A DNA stretch of 62,436 bases from a bacterium (GTDB lineage: Bacteria; Elusimicrobiota; Elusimicrobia; UBA1565; UBA9628), in contig JAJZCM010000005.1 in assembly GCA_021846045.1 (NCBI GenBank), positions 1 through 62,436 of the forward strand, read 5' to 3'. Within the stretch, counting starts at the first letter, position 1; each line of letters starts with the position of its first letter. A program made the position numbers and the translations under genes. Positions 1 to 9,907 of this stretch are shown here, in pieces. Under the pieces are notes generated by a model, which saw nothing but the letters and a program-made list of their open reading frames with translations, searched no databases and had not been told where the DNA came from.

Positions 1-243
1 GATCAGGCGAGACGCTGGGCCAGTTGCTCAAAATCCGGCGGCATTCGCTGCAATTGGCGGCTTGCCATGATGCCGATGCCGGTTCTGGAATATGTCGTTG
101 TCCATGAGTTGTGCCACTTAAAAACCCACGATCATTCTCCCGGGTTTTGGCGCATCGTGAAATCGGCGCTCCCGGACTATGAGAAGCGGCGTGAGTGGCT
201 CCGCGCATGGGGACCGGGACTCTCCCGAAGTTCAATATGTTAG
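1..243 (+). CDS. M48/YgjP (DUF45)-family metallopeptidase-like protein, 5'-truncated by window
   Basis: Manual frame-1 translation ...RWASCSKSGGIRCNWRLAMMPMPVLEYVVVHELCHLKTHDHSPGFW..., HExxH in DUF45 context; TAG at 241-243. Confidence 0.85.
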   Translation, partial: DQARRWASCSKSGGIRCNWRLAMMPMPVLEYVVVHELCHLKTHDHSPGFWRIVKSALPDYEKRREWLRAWGPGLSRSSIC

Positions 244-246
244 AAT
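238..246 (+). promoter_or_regulatory. Extended -10 element (TGtTAGAAT) 6 nt before ATG 253; probable leaderless promoter
   Basis: Sequence match; no SD between element and start codon. Confidence 0.5.
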
Positions 247-252
247 CATCAT

Positions 253-996
253 ATGTCAACCTTAAAAACCGCGAAAAAGAAAAAGCCCGCAGCCGCGAAA
301 AAAGCCGGCATCCACTCTAAGAACAATGGGAAGGTGCGCGTCGTCATCGCCGATGATCAAACTCTCTTTCGCGAAGGAATTAAGGACATGCTGGCCGATG
401 AAAGAACAATCGAAGTCATCGGAGAGGCCGCGGACGGAAAAGAAGCCCTCAAACTGGTTAAAACGCTCAAACCCAATGTCATTTTACTCGATATCAAGCT
501 CCCTCACATGGACGGAATTCAGGCCGCGCGGCAAATTCATAAGGAATGCCCGCGCACCAACGTTCTTATCTTGTCGTCTTTCGAGGATGAGTCCCATGTC
601 ATGGAAGCCATTCAAGCCGGGGCCAACGGTTATCTGTCGAAAATGCTGCCCTCCTACGAACTCGTCAACGCGCTCAAAGCCTTCGCGAATAAAAACGTCC
701 TGATTCCTCAACCCGTGATGAGCCGCTTGATGGACAGCCTTCGAAAAGCCAACAACGCCATTCCGGATTCTTCGCTGGTCGCCTTGACCCGGATGGAAGT
801 AAAAATTTTGGCGTTCTTGGGAAGAGGGCAATCGAACAAAGAAATCGCCATCAAGCTGAGCCTCAGCGTCAAAACCATTAAAAATCATCTGAACAATATG
901 TTCCAAAAACTCAGCGTCGCCAATCGAACGGAAGCCGTGGTGAAGGGAATAGACTTGGGAATCATCTCCGCCGAGAAAGAGACCGACGGAGCGTAA
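253..996 (+). CDS. NarL/FixJ-family response regulator (REC + LuxR HTH)
   Basis: ADD, ILLDIKLP (phospho-Asp), GYLSK; C-terminal LTRME...SNKEIA...TIKNH HTH. Confidence 0.95.
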   Translation: MSTLKTAKKKKPAAAKKAGIHSKNNGKVRVVIADDQTLFREGIKDMLADERTIEVIGEAADGKEALKLVKTLKPNVILLDIKLPHMDGIQAARQIHKECPRTNVLILSSFEDESHVMEAIQAGANGYLSKMLPSYELVNALKAFANKNVLIPQPVMSRLMDSLRKANNAIPDSSLVALTRMEVKILAFLGRGQSNKEIAIKLSLSVKTIKNHLNNMFQKLSVANRTEAVVKGIDLGIISAEKETDGA

Positions 997-1002
997 ATTA
1001 AA

Positions 1003-1803
1003 ATGGAAGGCCCTCAAGAGACAAAAAAAAGCAGCGGTTTCTGGGGATTATTGGCGCTGATCGTGTTCATCGGCGCTGGAGCCGCGATTTTTTACTTCTC
1101 AAAGAATGAAAATCGCCCGCTTAATATCCCCAGTTCGGAATTTAACGTCACATCCCTGCCTCAAGAATCAGGGTCAAACGTTCCCACAAACCCGCCTTCT
1201 CCAGCGGCTCAGGGCTCCCAGTCCGGTCTCAATATGATTAAGGGAGTAATCCCAGGGCTTTTCAGCGGCTCTAAAGCCAAGCCGTCCGCCGCGCAGACTT
1301 CAGCCGATCAATTTACCGCTCTCTGCCGCTCCAACGAGGGAAAGGTTCAGGCCTTAGCCATGGCCTACACCCGCCGCTATCCGGCCATCCGGCAATATGG
1401 GCGCGATTGGATGAGCTATCCCGATCTTAAGAATCTTAACGATACTTATATGAAGAACCACGACCCCATTGCGTTTCTCAAAGGTTTGTCCGCTTCCCAA
1501 AATTTTGGAAAACTCGTTAAAAAATACGCCAAGCGTCCTGAAATTCGGCAATTCGCGCAAGACGCCGTCCATCAAGCCCCGCCCCAGCTTATGTCGGTGG
1601 GAATGAGCGTTCTCAGCCAAAACAACACCGTCAAGGGAGTGGCCTCCAACATCTCGCAAGCGCTGGGTTTCCCCCCGGGCCTATTTAATTCTCTGGGCGG
1701 GCAATCGCCTCAAGCCGATCAAAAGGCGATCATGAATTCAGTCAACTCCCAGATGCGGCAGCTTCAGAATGTTCTTCCCCAGGCCCAAGGAAACGGCCAA
1801 TAA
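1003..1803 (+). CDS. Membrane-anchored hypothetical protein
   Basis: 266-aa ORF in operon orientation; N-terminal TM helix FWGLLALIVFIGAGAAIFYF. Confidence 0.75.
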   Translation: MEGPQETKKSSGFWGLLALIVFIGAGAAIFYFSKNENRPLNIPSSEFNVTSLPQESGSNVPTNPPSPAAQGSQSGLNMIKGVIPGLFSGSKAKPSAAQTSADQFTALCRSNEGKVQALAMAYTRRYPAIRQYGRDWMSYPDLKNLNDTYMKNHDPIAFLKGLSASQNFGKLVKKYAKRPEIRQFAQDAVHQAPPQLMSVGMSVLSQNNTVKGVASNISQALGFPPGLFNSLGGQSPQADQKAIMNSVNSQMRQLQNVLPQAQGNGQ

Positions 1804-1815
1804 ATCCGACCCGCC

Positions 1816-3015
1816 ATGAGTAAACTCAGCGAACGCTTCACCCTCCTTGATCATCGTTATGGAGCGCCCAACTATCACCCGCTTCCCATTGTTCTTGAAA
1901 AAGGCAAGGGGGTTTATGTTTGGGACGTTAATGGAAAACGCTATTTCGATATGTTGTCGGCCTATTCGGCGCTCAATCAAGGACATAATCACCCACAAAT
2001 CGTAGCGGCGGCCAAGGCCCAGCTTAACCGCCTGACTCTCACTTCCCGCGCCTTTCATAACACATTGATGGGTCCCTTGCTCAAGGAAATTTGCCGCCTG
2101 ACCGGACAAGACAAGGCGATTTTAATGAATTCCGGAGCCGAGGCGGTCGAAACCGCGATTAAAGCCATGCGTATTTGGGGATACCAGATTAAGAGAATTC
2201 CCAAGAACCGGGCAGAGATTATCGTCTGCCGCAACAATTTTCACGGAAGAACGACGACGATCGTCGGATTTTCCTCCGACCCCGATTCCTATGAAGGATT
2301 TGGCCCTAAAACCCCGGGGTTTGTTGAAATCGAATACGGTTCGGCGGAAGCTCTTGAACGCGCGATCACACCCAACACCTGCGGATTTCTTTTTGAACCC
2401 ATCCAGGGAGAAGCCGGAGTCCTTATCCCGCCGGAAGGATACCTAAGAAAAATCCGCACGATCTGCTCTCGAAAAAACGTCCTCCTCTGCGCCGATGAAA
2501 TACAGACGGGCCTAGGCCGAACGGGAAAGCTTTTTTGCTGCGATCATGAGAAGATTCGCCCCGACCTCATCATTTTAGGCAAAGCCCTCTCGGGAGGCCT
2601 CTACCCGATTTCAGCGGTTGCCGCCCGCGCCGAAATTATGAACTTATTTACCGCAGGAAAACATGGCAGCACCTTTGGCGGAAACCCCTTGGCCTCCGCC
2701 ATTGGACTTGCGGCCTTAAACGTCATCATCAAGGAAAAACTGCCTCAAAAAGCGGCAGCGACGGGAAATTACTTTAAAAGCCTCCTCCGAACGCTTAAAT
2801 CGGATCGAATTCGAGACATTCGAGGCAAAGGACTTCTAATCGGAGTCGAACTTAAAATACCGGCCCGCCCCTTCTGCGAAGCCCTTGCGAAAAATGGGAT
2901 TCTAGCCAAAGAAACCCACGAAAAAACCATCCGTTTGGCCCCCCCTCTTCTCATCACCAAAGCCCAAACCCTGGAAGCCTTTGGTCTCATCTCGAGCGCA
3001 CTGGCGCATCGTTAA
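1816..3015 (+). CDS. rocD: Ornithine aminotransferase (class III PLP)
   Basis: NYHPLP, SAYSALNQGH, LTSRAF, FHGRT, EPIQGEAG, DEIQTGLGRTG, GKALSGG, HGSTFGGNP. Confidence 0.93.
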   Translation: MSKLSERFTLLDHRYGAPNYHPLPIVLEKGKGVYVWDVNGKRYFDMLSAYSALNQGHNHPQIVAAAKAQLNRLTLTSRAFHNTLMGPLLKEICRLTGQDKAILMNSGAEAVETAIKAMRIWGYQIKRIPKNRAEIIVCRNNFHGRTTTIVGFSSDPDSYEGFGPKTPGFVEIEYGSAEALERAITPNTCGFLFEPIQGEAGVLIPPEGYLRKIRTICSRKNVLLCADEIQTGLGRTGKLFCCDHEKIRPDLIILGKALSGGLYPISAVAARAEIMNLFTAGKHGSTFGGNPLASAIGLAALNVIIKEKLPQKAAATGNYFKSLLRTLKSDRIRDIRGKGLLIGVELKIPARPFCEALAKNGILAKETHEKTIRLAPPLLITKAQTLEAFGLISSALAHR

Positions 3016-3038
3016 AAGTTTTGTAAAATAAACTCCTC

Positions 3039-5171
3039 ATGATTCCTCAAAAACATCAAGAACTTGCGCTTCCGGAAAGACTGTCCCGGCTGAAAGACCT
3101 AGCCTATAACCTTTGGTGGTCCTGGCGCCATGAAGCGCGCTTTCTATTTCGGGAAATTGATCCAATCTTGTGGGAATCTTCAAACCATAATCCTGTTTTG
3201 CTTCTGCACCGCTCAAAAGACAAGCTCATTCAATTATCTAATGACCAGCGATTTCTGGCGCATTATGATCAGGTAGTGGATGCTTTCGACCATGATACCA
3301 GTTGCTCGGACACCTGGTTTGAACGACGCTTTGGAAATGACGCCAGAAACAGAGCCATCGCTTATTTTTCCGCGGAATTCGGCCTTCATGCGTCTCTCCC
3401 GCTTTATTCCGGAGGTTTGGGAATCCTGGCGGGGGACCATTTAAAATCGGCCTCGGATCTCGATCTGCCTTTAGTCGGAGTTGGGTTCATGTATCCCAAG
3501 GGCTATGTCACGCAGAGGTTGGGAGCCGACGGCTGGCAGCAAAATATTTACCATGATCTCAATTGGGATTATGCCCCCATTTTGCCTTTGTGCCGTCCCG
3601 ATGGGGAACGCGTTATTTTTGATTTTTCCCTTGGTTCCTGGCAGCTTAAGGTCGCCGTTTGGCTGGTTCACATTGGGCGAGTATCCCTCTATTTAATGGA
3701 CACCAACATTGATGGCAATTCACCCATTGACCGTGAGATTACGACCCAACTTTACGGCGGAGATCATAGCATGCGGCTCAGGCAAGAAATTGTTCTTGGA
3801 ATCGGCGGCTTGAGGCTTTTAAGATTTTTAGGAATCCCCGCCTCATTTTTCCACGCCAACGAAGGGCACGCTTCCTTTTTATTCGTAGAACTTCTCCATG
3901 AAAAAATCGCCGCCGGTTTGTCCCTCGCGGAAGCCAAGAGCGAGACCGCTCAGGAAACCCTGTTCACGACTCATACCCCGGTTCCGGCCGGCCACGACGT
4001 CTTTGAATCGCAGCTTTTGATGCCCTTTTTTCAAGACTACATCAACGAACTAAACCTAACGCAGGAAGAGTTCCTGGAATTGGGCCAATCCCCCAATGAA
4101 GTCGGCTGGAACATGACAGCCCTAGCCTTAAAGCTGGCGGGGCATAAAAACGCGGTCAGCAAAAAGCATGGGGAAGTTTCTCGGGAAATGTGGCATAAAC
4201 TATGGCCGGAAAAAGCGCTTCACGAGGTCCCCATCGATTACATCACCAACGGGGTTCATCTCGGATTTTGGGTCCAATCGGACCTCCAGCAACTATTTAA
4301 CTGGCGCCTCGGCATCCACTGGGTTAGGGCTCAAGACAACCCCGGCTTCTGGGAAGGCATTGGAAATATTCCCGACCAAGAAATCTGGAATGCGCATCTC
4401 CGGGCCAAGGACAGACTCCTAAGCATCCTTGAACATCGGCTTAAAGCCCGCTGGCAGGAAGGCGCGGAACCCGGCCAGATATTGGCGCAGGGAGCGCTAT
4501 TGGACCGCGAAATTCTAACCATCGGGTTTGCCCGAAGGTTTGCCACTTATAAAAGAGCCAATCTCATTTTCCATGATATCGAACGCCTGAAGCGAATCAT
4601 CCTCAATCCCGCCCGTCCCGTGCAATTGATCTTCGCGGGTAAGGCCCACCCGGCCGACAATAACGGGAAAGCCCTAATCCAGCAGATATTCCATCTTGCA
4701 AAGGACCCTGCTTTTGCCGGACATATTTCCTTTGTCGAGGACTACGATATGCAGCTCGCCCGTTATCTAGTCCAGGGCTGCGACCTATGGCTCAATAACC
4801 CCATCCCCCCGCTTGAAGCCTGCGGGACCAGCGGGCAAAAAGCGGCCTCCAACGGAGTTCCAAACCTCAGCATCTTGGACGGCTGGTGGGAAGAAGGCTT
4901 CACCGGGACCAACGGGTGGGGTATTGAGGGTATCGGCAAAGAATCCTCCGATAGAAACGCCGAGGAAGCCGATAAAATCTACCGCGCGCTTGAATCGCAA
5001 ATCATTCCTCTTTTTTACGACCGCAGTTCAGACTCCATTCCGCACGGGTGGGTAAAAATCATGAAGGAAGCGATTCGCACCGCCGCCCCTCGATTTTCCG
5101 CCCAGAGAATGGTCAAGGAATACGTGGAAAAATTTTATTCCAAGGCCTTTGAACAGGTTCCCGTCGCCTAA
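3039..5171 (+). CDS. glgP: Alpha-glucan (glycogen/maltodextrin) phosphorylase
   Basis: AYNLWWSW, YFSAEFG, YSGGLG, NEGH, GFARRFATYKRA, EACGTSGQK (PLP site). Confidence 0.95.
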   Translation: MIPQKHQELALPERLSRLKDLAYNLWWSWRHEARFLFREIDPILWESSNHNPVLLLHRSKDKLIQLSNDQRFLAHYDQVVDAFDHDTSCSDTWFERRFGNDARNRAIAYFSAEFGLHASLPLYSGGLGILAGDHLKSASDLDLPLVGVGFMYPKGYVTQRLGADGWQQNIYHDLNWDYAPILPLCRPDGERVIFDFSLGSWQLKVAVWLVHIGRVSLYLMDTNIDGNSPIDREITTQLYGGDHSMRLRQEIVLGIGGLRLLRFLGIPASFFHANEGHASFLFVELLHEKIAAGLSLAEAKSETAQETLFTTHTPVPAGHDVFESQLLMPFFQDYINELNLTQEEFLELGQSPNEVGWNMTALALKLAGHKNAVSKKHGEVSREMWHKLWPEKALHEVPIDYITNGVHLGFWVQSDLQQLFNWRLGIHWVRAQDNPGFWEGIGNIPDQEIWNAHLRAKDRLLSILEHRLKARWQEGAEPGQILAQGALLDREILTIGFARRFATYKRANLIFHDIERLKRIILNPARPVQLIFAGKAHPADNNGKALIQQIFHLAKDPAFAGHISFVEDYDMQLARYLVQGCDLWLNNPIPPLEACGTSGQKAASNGVPNLSILDGWWEEGFTGTNGWGIEGIGKESSDRNAEEADKIYRALESQIIPLFYDRSSDSIPHGWVKIMKEAIRTAAPRFSAQRMVKEYVEKFYSKAFEQVPVA

Positions 5172-6320
5172 ATGGGGAACCTTGAGATTTATCCCCCCTG
5201 GATCGTCACCTCCGCGACAGAACTTTCGGAAGTCGTCTCAGAAATAGAAAATTCTCCTCAGCTGGCGGTTGACATCGAATCCGACAGCTTTTACGCCTAC
5301 CGGGAACGGGTCTGCCTCATTCAAATTTCATCTCCCGCTAAAGACTACATCATCGATCCCCTGGCAATTCAAGATTTGTCTCCCTTGGGAAAAATCTTCT
5401 CAAACCCCGCCATGGAAAAAATCTTTCACGCCGGGGAATACGACGTCTTATGTCTTAAGCGCGACTACCAATTTGAATTTAGAAACCTCTTCGACACGAT
5501 GATCGCGGCGAGGTTTCTTGGAGAAAAAGAATTGGGGCTTAAAGCGGCGATTTCAAAACACTTTAAAATCGAACTTTGCAAAAAACATCAGCGAGCGGAT
5601 TGGGGAAAAAGGCCTTTGAGCGATGAGCAGCTGCGCTACGCTCAATTGGATACGCATTTCTTGATTTCTCTTTCGAACATCCAAAAAAAATCTCTATTTG
5701 AGCGTGAGCGCTTTGAAGACGCGAAGGAAGCCGCTGAAAGTTTATCCGCTCTTCAAGCGCAAATACGGCCCTTTGACGCCGAGGGATACCGCAAAATCAA
5801 GGGCCATCGAGATCTCTCGCCGGAAAGCCGCGGAATTCTCAAGGAGCTTTATCTCTGCCGGGAGGAAATTGCCCGGACCCGGAATAAGGCCCGGTTTCGA
5901 ATCATGAACGACGAGCTCCTCATTCAACTCGCAAAGGCATGTCCCAGAGACGTCTCCGAACTTGCCCCGATTAAAGGCATGACCCCTTATCTTCTCCAGG
6001 CTTTTGGCCGGCATATCGTCGACTGCGTCTTGCGTGGAGAAAAATCCCCAGAAACCCTCCTTCATTGTGCTGATGCAACCCGGGTCCGCCGCACGCCTCC
6101 CGAGGAAGTCAATCTCTTCGAAAAATTGCGCCTCTGGAGAAAAACCCGGGGTGAGACTGAAGGCCTCGACCCTGCGGCAATACTTTCAACAGAGCAACTA
6201 AAAGACATCGCCCATGCCCTTTGGAGCAAGAAAAAAGATGTTTTCCGCTCACTGAGTCCCTTGAAAAAAAACCGCTACGAGCAAAGCCTGCTCAAGTTCA
6301 TATCCTCCATTCAGGAATGA
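5172..6320 (+). CDS. rnd: Ribonuclease D (DEDDy exonuclease + HRDC)
   Basis: VDIESDS...CLIQIS, KIFHAGEYD, FDTMIAA, DWGKRPL...YAQLD; HRDC-like C-terminus. Confidence 0.88.
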   Translation: MGNLEIYPPWIVTSATELSEVVSEIENSPQLAVDIESDSFYAYRERVCLIQISSPAKDYIIDPLAIQDLSPLGKIFSNPAMEKIFHAGEYDVLCLKRDYQFEFRNLFDTMIAARFLGEKELGLKAAISKHFKIELCKKHQRADWGKRPLSDEQLRYAQLDTHFLISLSNIQKKSLFERERFEDAKEAAESLSALQAQIRPFDAEGYRKIKGHRDLSPESRGILKELYLCREEIARTRNKARFRIMNDELLIQLAKACPRDVSELAPIKGMTPYLLQAFGRHIVDCVLRGEKSPETLLHCADATRVRRTPPEEVNLFEKLRLWRKTRGETEGLDPAAILSTEQLKDIAHALWSKKKDVFRSLSPLKKNRYEQSLLKFISSIQE

Positions 6321-6391
6321 TATAATGAACTTGGAACTTTCTAAAAGCGAGCTAAGGCTCCGCCTAAAATAGCCCGCTTCTAGAGAGTTTC
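6318..6391 (+). promoter_or_regulatory. Extended -10 (TGaTATAAT) followed by a long 5'-leader hairpin covering the RBS region
   Basis: TATAAT 6321-6326; GGAACTTTCTA-A-AAGCGAGCTA pairs with TAGCCCGCTT-C-TAGAGAGTTTC (6333-6391), inner AGGC/GCCT stem. Confidence 0.55.
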
Positions 6392-6392
6392 T

Positions 6393-8366
6393 ATGTTTCA
6401 AAAAATTAAACGCCTAGTCTTCGGGGAACCTCAAGACGTAAGAGACCCGCAAGTTTTTCATCGTATTTCCCTTGTTGCCTTTCTGGCCTGGATAGGGCTG
6501 GGAGCCGACGGCCTTTCATCCTCCTGCTACGGCCCCGATGAATCTTTTCGGGTTCTAGGCTCCAATCATTATCTGTTGATTCTCGTCGCCTTGGCGGTCG
6601 CTCTCAGCGTTTTCATCATCTCCTATGCCTATTCCCGTGTCATTGAGCATTTCCCATTTGGCGGCGGCGGCTATGTGGTCGCGACCAAACTTTTAGGACC
6701 CTCCTTTGGAATCGTCTCCGGATCAGCCCTTCTCATTGACTATATTCTGACCATCACCACCTCCATTGCGGCGGGAACCGACGCTTTTTTCAGTTTCCTG
6801 CCTTATTCCTATCAAGCGTGGAAATTCCCCCTTGAATTTTGCATCATCGGCTTTCTAGCCGGGCTTAACTTACGCGGCGTCAAGGAATCCGTCGAGGCGA
6901 TGATGCCGGTATTTTTATTTTTCATCCTAACTCATGTCGTTCTCATTTTCGGAACGATCGCGCTTAAACTCGGAGATTTCCCCACCGTTGCCCATCAAGT
7001 TCACGCCGGATTTACCAACGGAATAGCGACCATCGGATTCATGGGAATGGCGGCCATTTTTCTGCGTTCTTATTCCATGGGAGCCGGAACCTACACCGGT
7101 CTTGAAGCGGTCTCAAACGGACTGGCCATCATGCGGGAACCCAAGGTGGAAACGGGAAAAAGAACGATGACCTACATGGCGATTTCCCTGGCCGTTACGG
7201 CCGGCGGAATTCTCTTGGCGTATCTTCTCGTTCACGTGGAACCTATTCCCGGACAAACAATGAATGCCGCTCTATCAACCCGGTTCGTGGAATTATTAGG
7301 AATTTCCCCCGCTCTTGGGAAATGGTTCACCATTCCAACGCTTCTCTCGGAAGCGGCTCTTCTCTATGTCGCGGCTCAAACCGGTTTTATCGACGGCCCC
7401 CGGGTCATGGCTAATATGGCCCATGATTCCTGGCTTCCCCACCGGTTTTCGACCCTCTCCGACCGCTTAACGACCCAGGACGGAATTTTACTAATCTCCG
7501 GAGCCTCCGCCTTGATGCTTCTCTACGCGCGCGGCAACACGGAAACCTTGGTCTTGATGTACGCTATCAACGTGTTCATCACCTTCTGTTTAACGGAAGC
7601 GTCGATGATCCGCTTCTGGATTCATGGACGAAAGACCCATGCGGACTGGCAAAGAAAAATCAGCGTCCACATCATCGGCTTCTGTCTTTGTTTTTCGATC
7701 CTGACCATTAATACCGTTGAGAAATTCGCTCAAGGCGGATGGGTCACCCTCGTCACGACAGCCGCCTTGATCGGCCTTTGTTTTCTTATCAAAAACCATT
7801 ACGATTCTCTTCAAAAAGATTTTAAGCGCCTAGACGACATACTCACGAACCTCCCGCAATCGGAAAAGACCGATTTCCCCAAGACCGACCCTAAAGCCCC
7901 GACAGCGGTGATCCTAGTCGGCGGATACAGCGGACTCGGGGTTCACTGCATTCTTTCCATTCAGAAACTTTTTCCGAATTACTTCAAGAATTTTATTTTC
8001 ATCTCCATCGGGGTGGTCGACAGCGCTTCTTTTAAAGGCGTCCAAGCGGTCGAGGATGTGCAAAAAGAAACGGAGACGTCTCTCAAACGCTATGTGGCGC
8101 TCGCACACAGTTTCGGCTTCGCCGGCGATTTTCGCGTGGGCATCGGCACTGAAGTCGTCGCCGAAGCGGAAAAAATCTGCGTTGATCTCTCCAAAGAATA
8201 TCCGCGCGCCATTATTTTCGCCGGAAAGCTCATCTTCCAAAACGAACACTGGTTCCATCGCTTGCTTCACAATGAAACGGCCTATCAAATGCAAAAGCGC
8301 CTGCAGTTTTTAGGACTTAATTCGATGGTTCTCCCGGTGAGGGTCTTATCTTCGGTCGGAAACTAA
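6393..8366 (+). CDS. APC-family permease, KimA/YdaO-like (probable K+ transporter)
   Basis: GADGLSSSCYG (cf. KimA DALSSVAYG), GGGGYVVA, DYILT, NLRGVKES, TGLEAVSNG; many TM helices plus soluble C-terminal domain. Confidence 0.8.
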   Translation: MFQKIKRLVFGEPQDVRDPQVFHRISLVAFLAWIGLGADGLSSSCYGPDESFRVLGSNHYLLILVALAVALSVFIISYAYSRVIEHFPFGGGGYVVATKLLGPSFGIVSGSALLIDYILTITTSIAAGTDAFFSFLPYSYQAWKFPLEFCIIGFLAGLNLRGVKESVEAMMPVFLFFILTHVVLIFGTIALKLGDFPTVAHQVHAGFTNGIATIGFMGMAAIFLRSYSMGAGTYTGLEAVSNGLAIMREPKVETGKRTMTYMAISLAVTAGGILLAYLLVHVEPIPGQTMNAALSTRFVELLGISPALGKWFTIPTLLSEAALLYVAAQTGFIDGPRVMANMAHDSWLPHRFSTLSDRLTTQDGILLISGASALMLLYARGNTETLVLMYAINVFITFCLTEASMIRFWIHGRKTHADWQRKISVHIIGFCLCFSILTINTVEKFAQGGWVTLVTTAALIGLCFLIKNHYDSLQKDFKRLDDILTNLPQSEKTDFPKTDPKAPTAVILVGGYSGLGVHCILSIQKLFPNYFKNFIFISIGVVDSASFKGVQAVEDVQKETETSLKRYVALAHSFGFAGDFRVGIGTEVVAEAEKICVDLSKEYPRAIIFAGKLIFQNEHWFHRLLHNETAYQMQKRLQFLGLNSMVLPVRVLSSVGN

Positions 8367-8367
8367 A

Positions 8368-9891
8368 CTAAGTATTTTTTTCCCGCATCCAATAGGCGCC
8401 AACCACGACAAACAGGGCGCCGAACACGACATAAAGCGGCCAATAGGTCTGATGTAAATTCTTCCAGAAGCCTTCCGCCCCGTGCAAGGTCAAAATCCAG
8501 GCCGCGACGGCCATTACGGCGGTAAAAAAAGTCGTCGAAAGCGCCAAAATATTGAGTTTTCTTCCTTTAATTTCCCAACCGGTTAAAATCGCAACCAAAA
8601 AAATTCCGAGCAGCGGCCCATAGGTAAGCGCGGTGATGCGAAAAGCCATCCACAAGAGATTATCCAAACGCCTTAAAACCATCGCAAAAATAATAAAGAA
8701 AATCCCAAAGCCTAAAAATGAAATCTTAGAAGCTTTGAGGCTTTGTTCTTCAGATGACTCCGGATTAATAAAAGGACGATAAAAATCAACAACAAAGGAC
8801 GTAGCTAAGGATGCCATCGCGGAATCAGCGCTCCCCATCGCGGCGGAAAAAACCGCCGCGAGCAATAGTCCTCTCAAGCCGCTGGGGACGACCATCAAGA
8901 TAAAACGCGGGAAAACATGATCGGAATCTTTCATACCCGCGATAAACGCGGGGTGAAAATGGGCATAGGCATAGAGAGAAGCCCCGATACTTAGGAAGAG
9001 AAAAACAATGGGAACGTTAAGAATCCCCCAAAACATCAGGCTTAAGCGCGCCCCTTTTTCATCACGACAAGACAAGAGCCTTTGAACCATATCCTGATCA
9101 GTCCCGTATGCGGCCGAGGAATTAAAAAATCCCCAGATGACCATTAAGCCGAGAATTCCAAGGTTTGGCGGGCTCAACAAATCCAAAAAGTTAAATTTAT
9201 TGTAAACCGTTCCATCCGACCTAACCGCGTGCCGGCCTAAACTGACAATCGTTGAAACGCCTCCGGGAATATGAGTCACGAGATAAAACAAAGCCGCCAA
9301 GGCTCCGCCGATTAAAAGAAAAAATTGAATGGTATCGGTCCACGCGACCGCCCGGCCCCCTCCCAGCGTGGCATAGGCCAAAATAAGGCCGACAATAATT
9401 AAAACGCTACTTTGGTAGGAGAGTTCCCCGCCGCTGACGACTTCGAGGACCTTGGCCACGGCGACCACGCGGACTGTCGAGGCGAGAAGGCGAGTAATTA
9501 AAAAGTAAGCCGATGATAAAGTTCTGACTGAAGAGCCGAAACGCCTTCCAATCGCCTCGTAAATCGATGTCACTCTCAATCTTTGGAAATGCGGCAAAAA
9601 AGCGTAGGCGATAAAAAAAGTGGCGGCAATATCCCCGGGATTGCTCAATAAATACCTGAAATCGGAAGAATAGCCTTCGGCCGGGGCTCCGATAAATGTC
9701 ACCGCGCTCAAACACGTGGCCACAAAGCTTGCCCAGGTCACGAAAGAGGGAATGGAGCGTCCCGCTAAAAAATAATCGTCCGTATTTTTTTTAGCGCGCC
9801 GCGCGGCCCAAAAACCGATTCCGGAAAGGACCGCGACATAGGAGATTAAAATCGCCCAATCTAGGGCGCCTAAATGAATAAAATGACCCAC
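8368..9891 (-). CDS. Sodium:solute symporter (SSS) family protein
   Basis: DYFLAGRS, SAVTFIGAP, GGGRAVAWTD, DQDMVQRLL, SAAMGS; multi-TM. Confidence 0.9.
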   Translation of the reverse strand: MGHFIHLGALDWAILISYVAVLSGIGFWAARRAKKNTDDYFLAGRSIPSFVTWASFVATCLSAVTFIGAPAEGYSSDFRYLLSNPGDIAATFFIAYAFLPHFQRLRVTSIYEAIGRRFGSSVRTLSSAYFLITRLLASTVRVVAVAKVLEVVSGGELSYQSSVLIIVGLILAYATLGGGRAVAWTDTIQFFLLIGGALAALFYLVTHIPGGVSTIVSLGRHAVRSDGTVYNKFNFLDLLSPPNLGILGLMVIWGFFNSSAAYGTDQDMVQRLLSCRDEKGARLSLMFWGILNVPIVFLFLSIGASLYAYAHFHPAFIAGMKDSDHVFPRFILMVVPSGLRGLLLAAVFSAAMGSADSAMASLATSFVVDFYRPFINPESSEEQSLKASKISFLGFGIFFIIFAMVLRRLDNLLWMAFRITALTYGPLLGIFLVAILTGWEIKGRKLNILALSTTFFTAVMAVAAWILTLHGAEGFWKNLHQTYWPLYVVFGALFVVVGAYWMREKNT

Positions 9892-9907
9892 ACGTCAAAT
9901 TAGCATT

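Noticed and set aside
6321-6392. c-di-AMP (ydaO) riboswitch
   Set aside because: Leader is only about 60 nt and lacks the recognisable multi-stem pattern; cmscan would settle it
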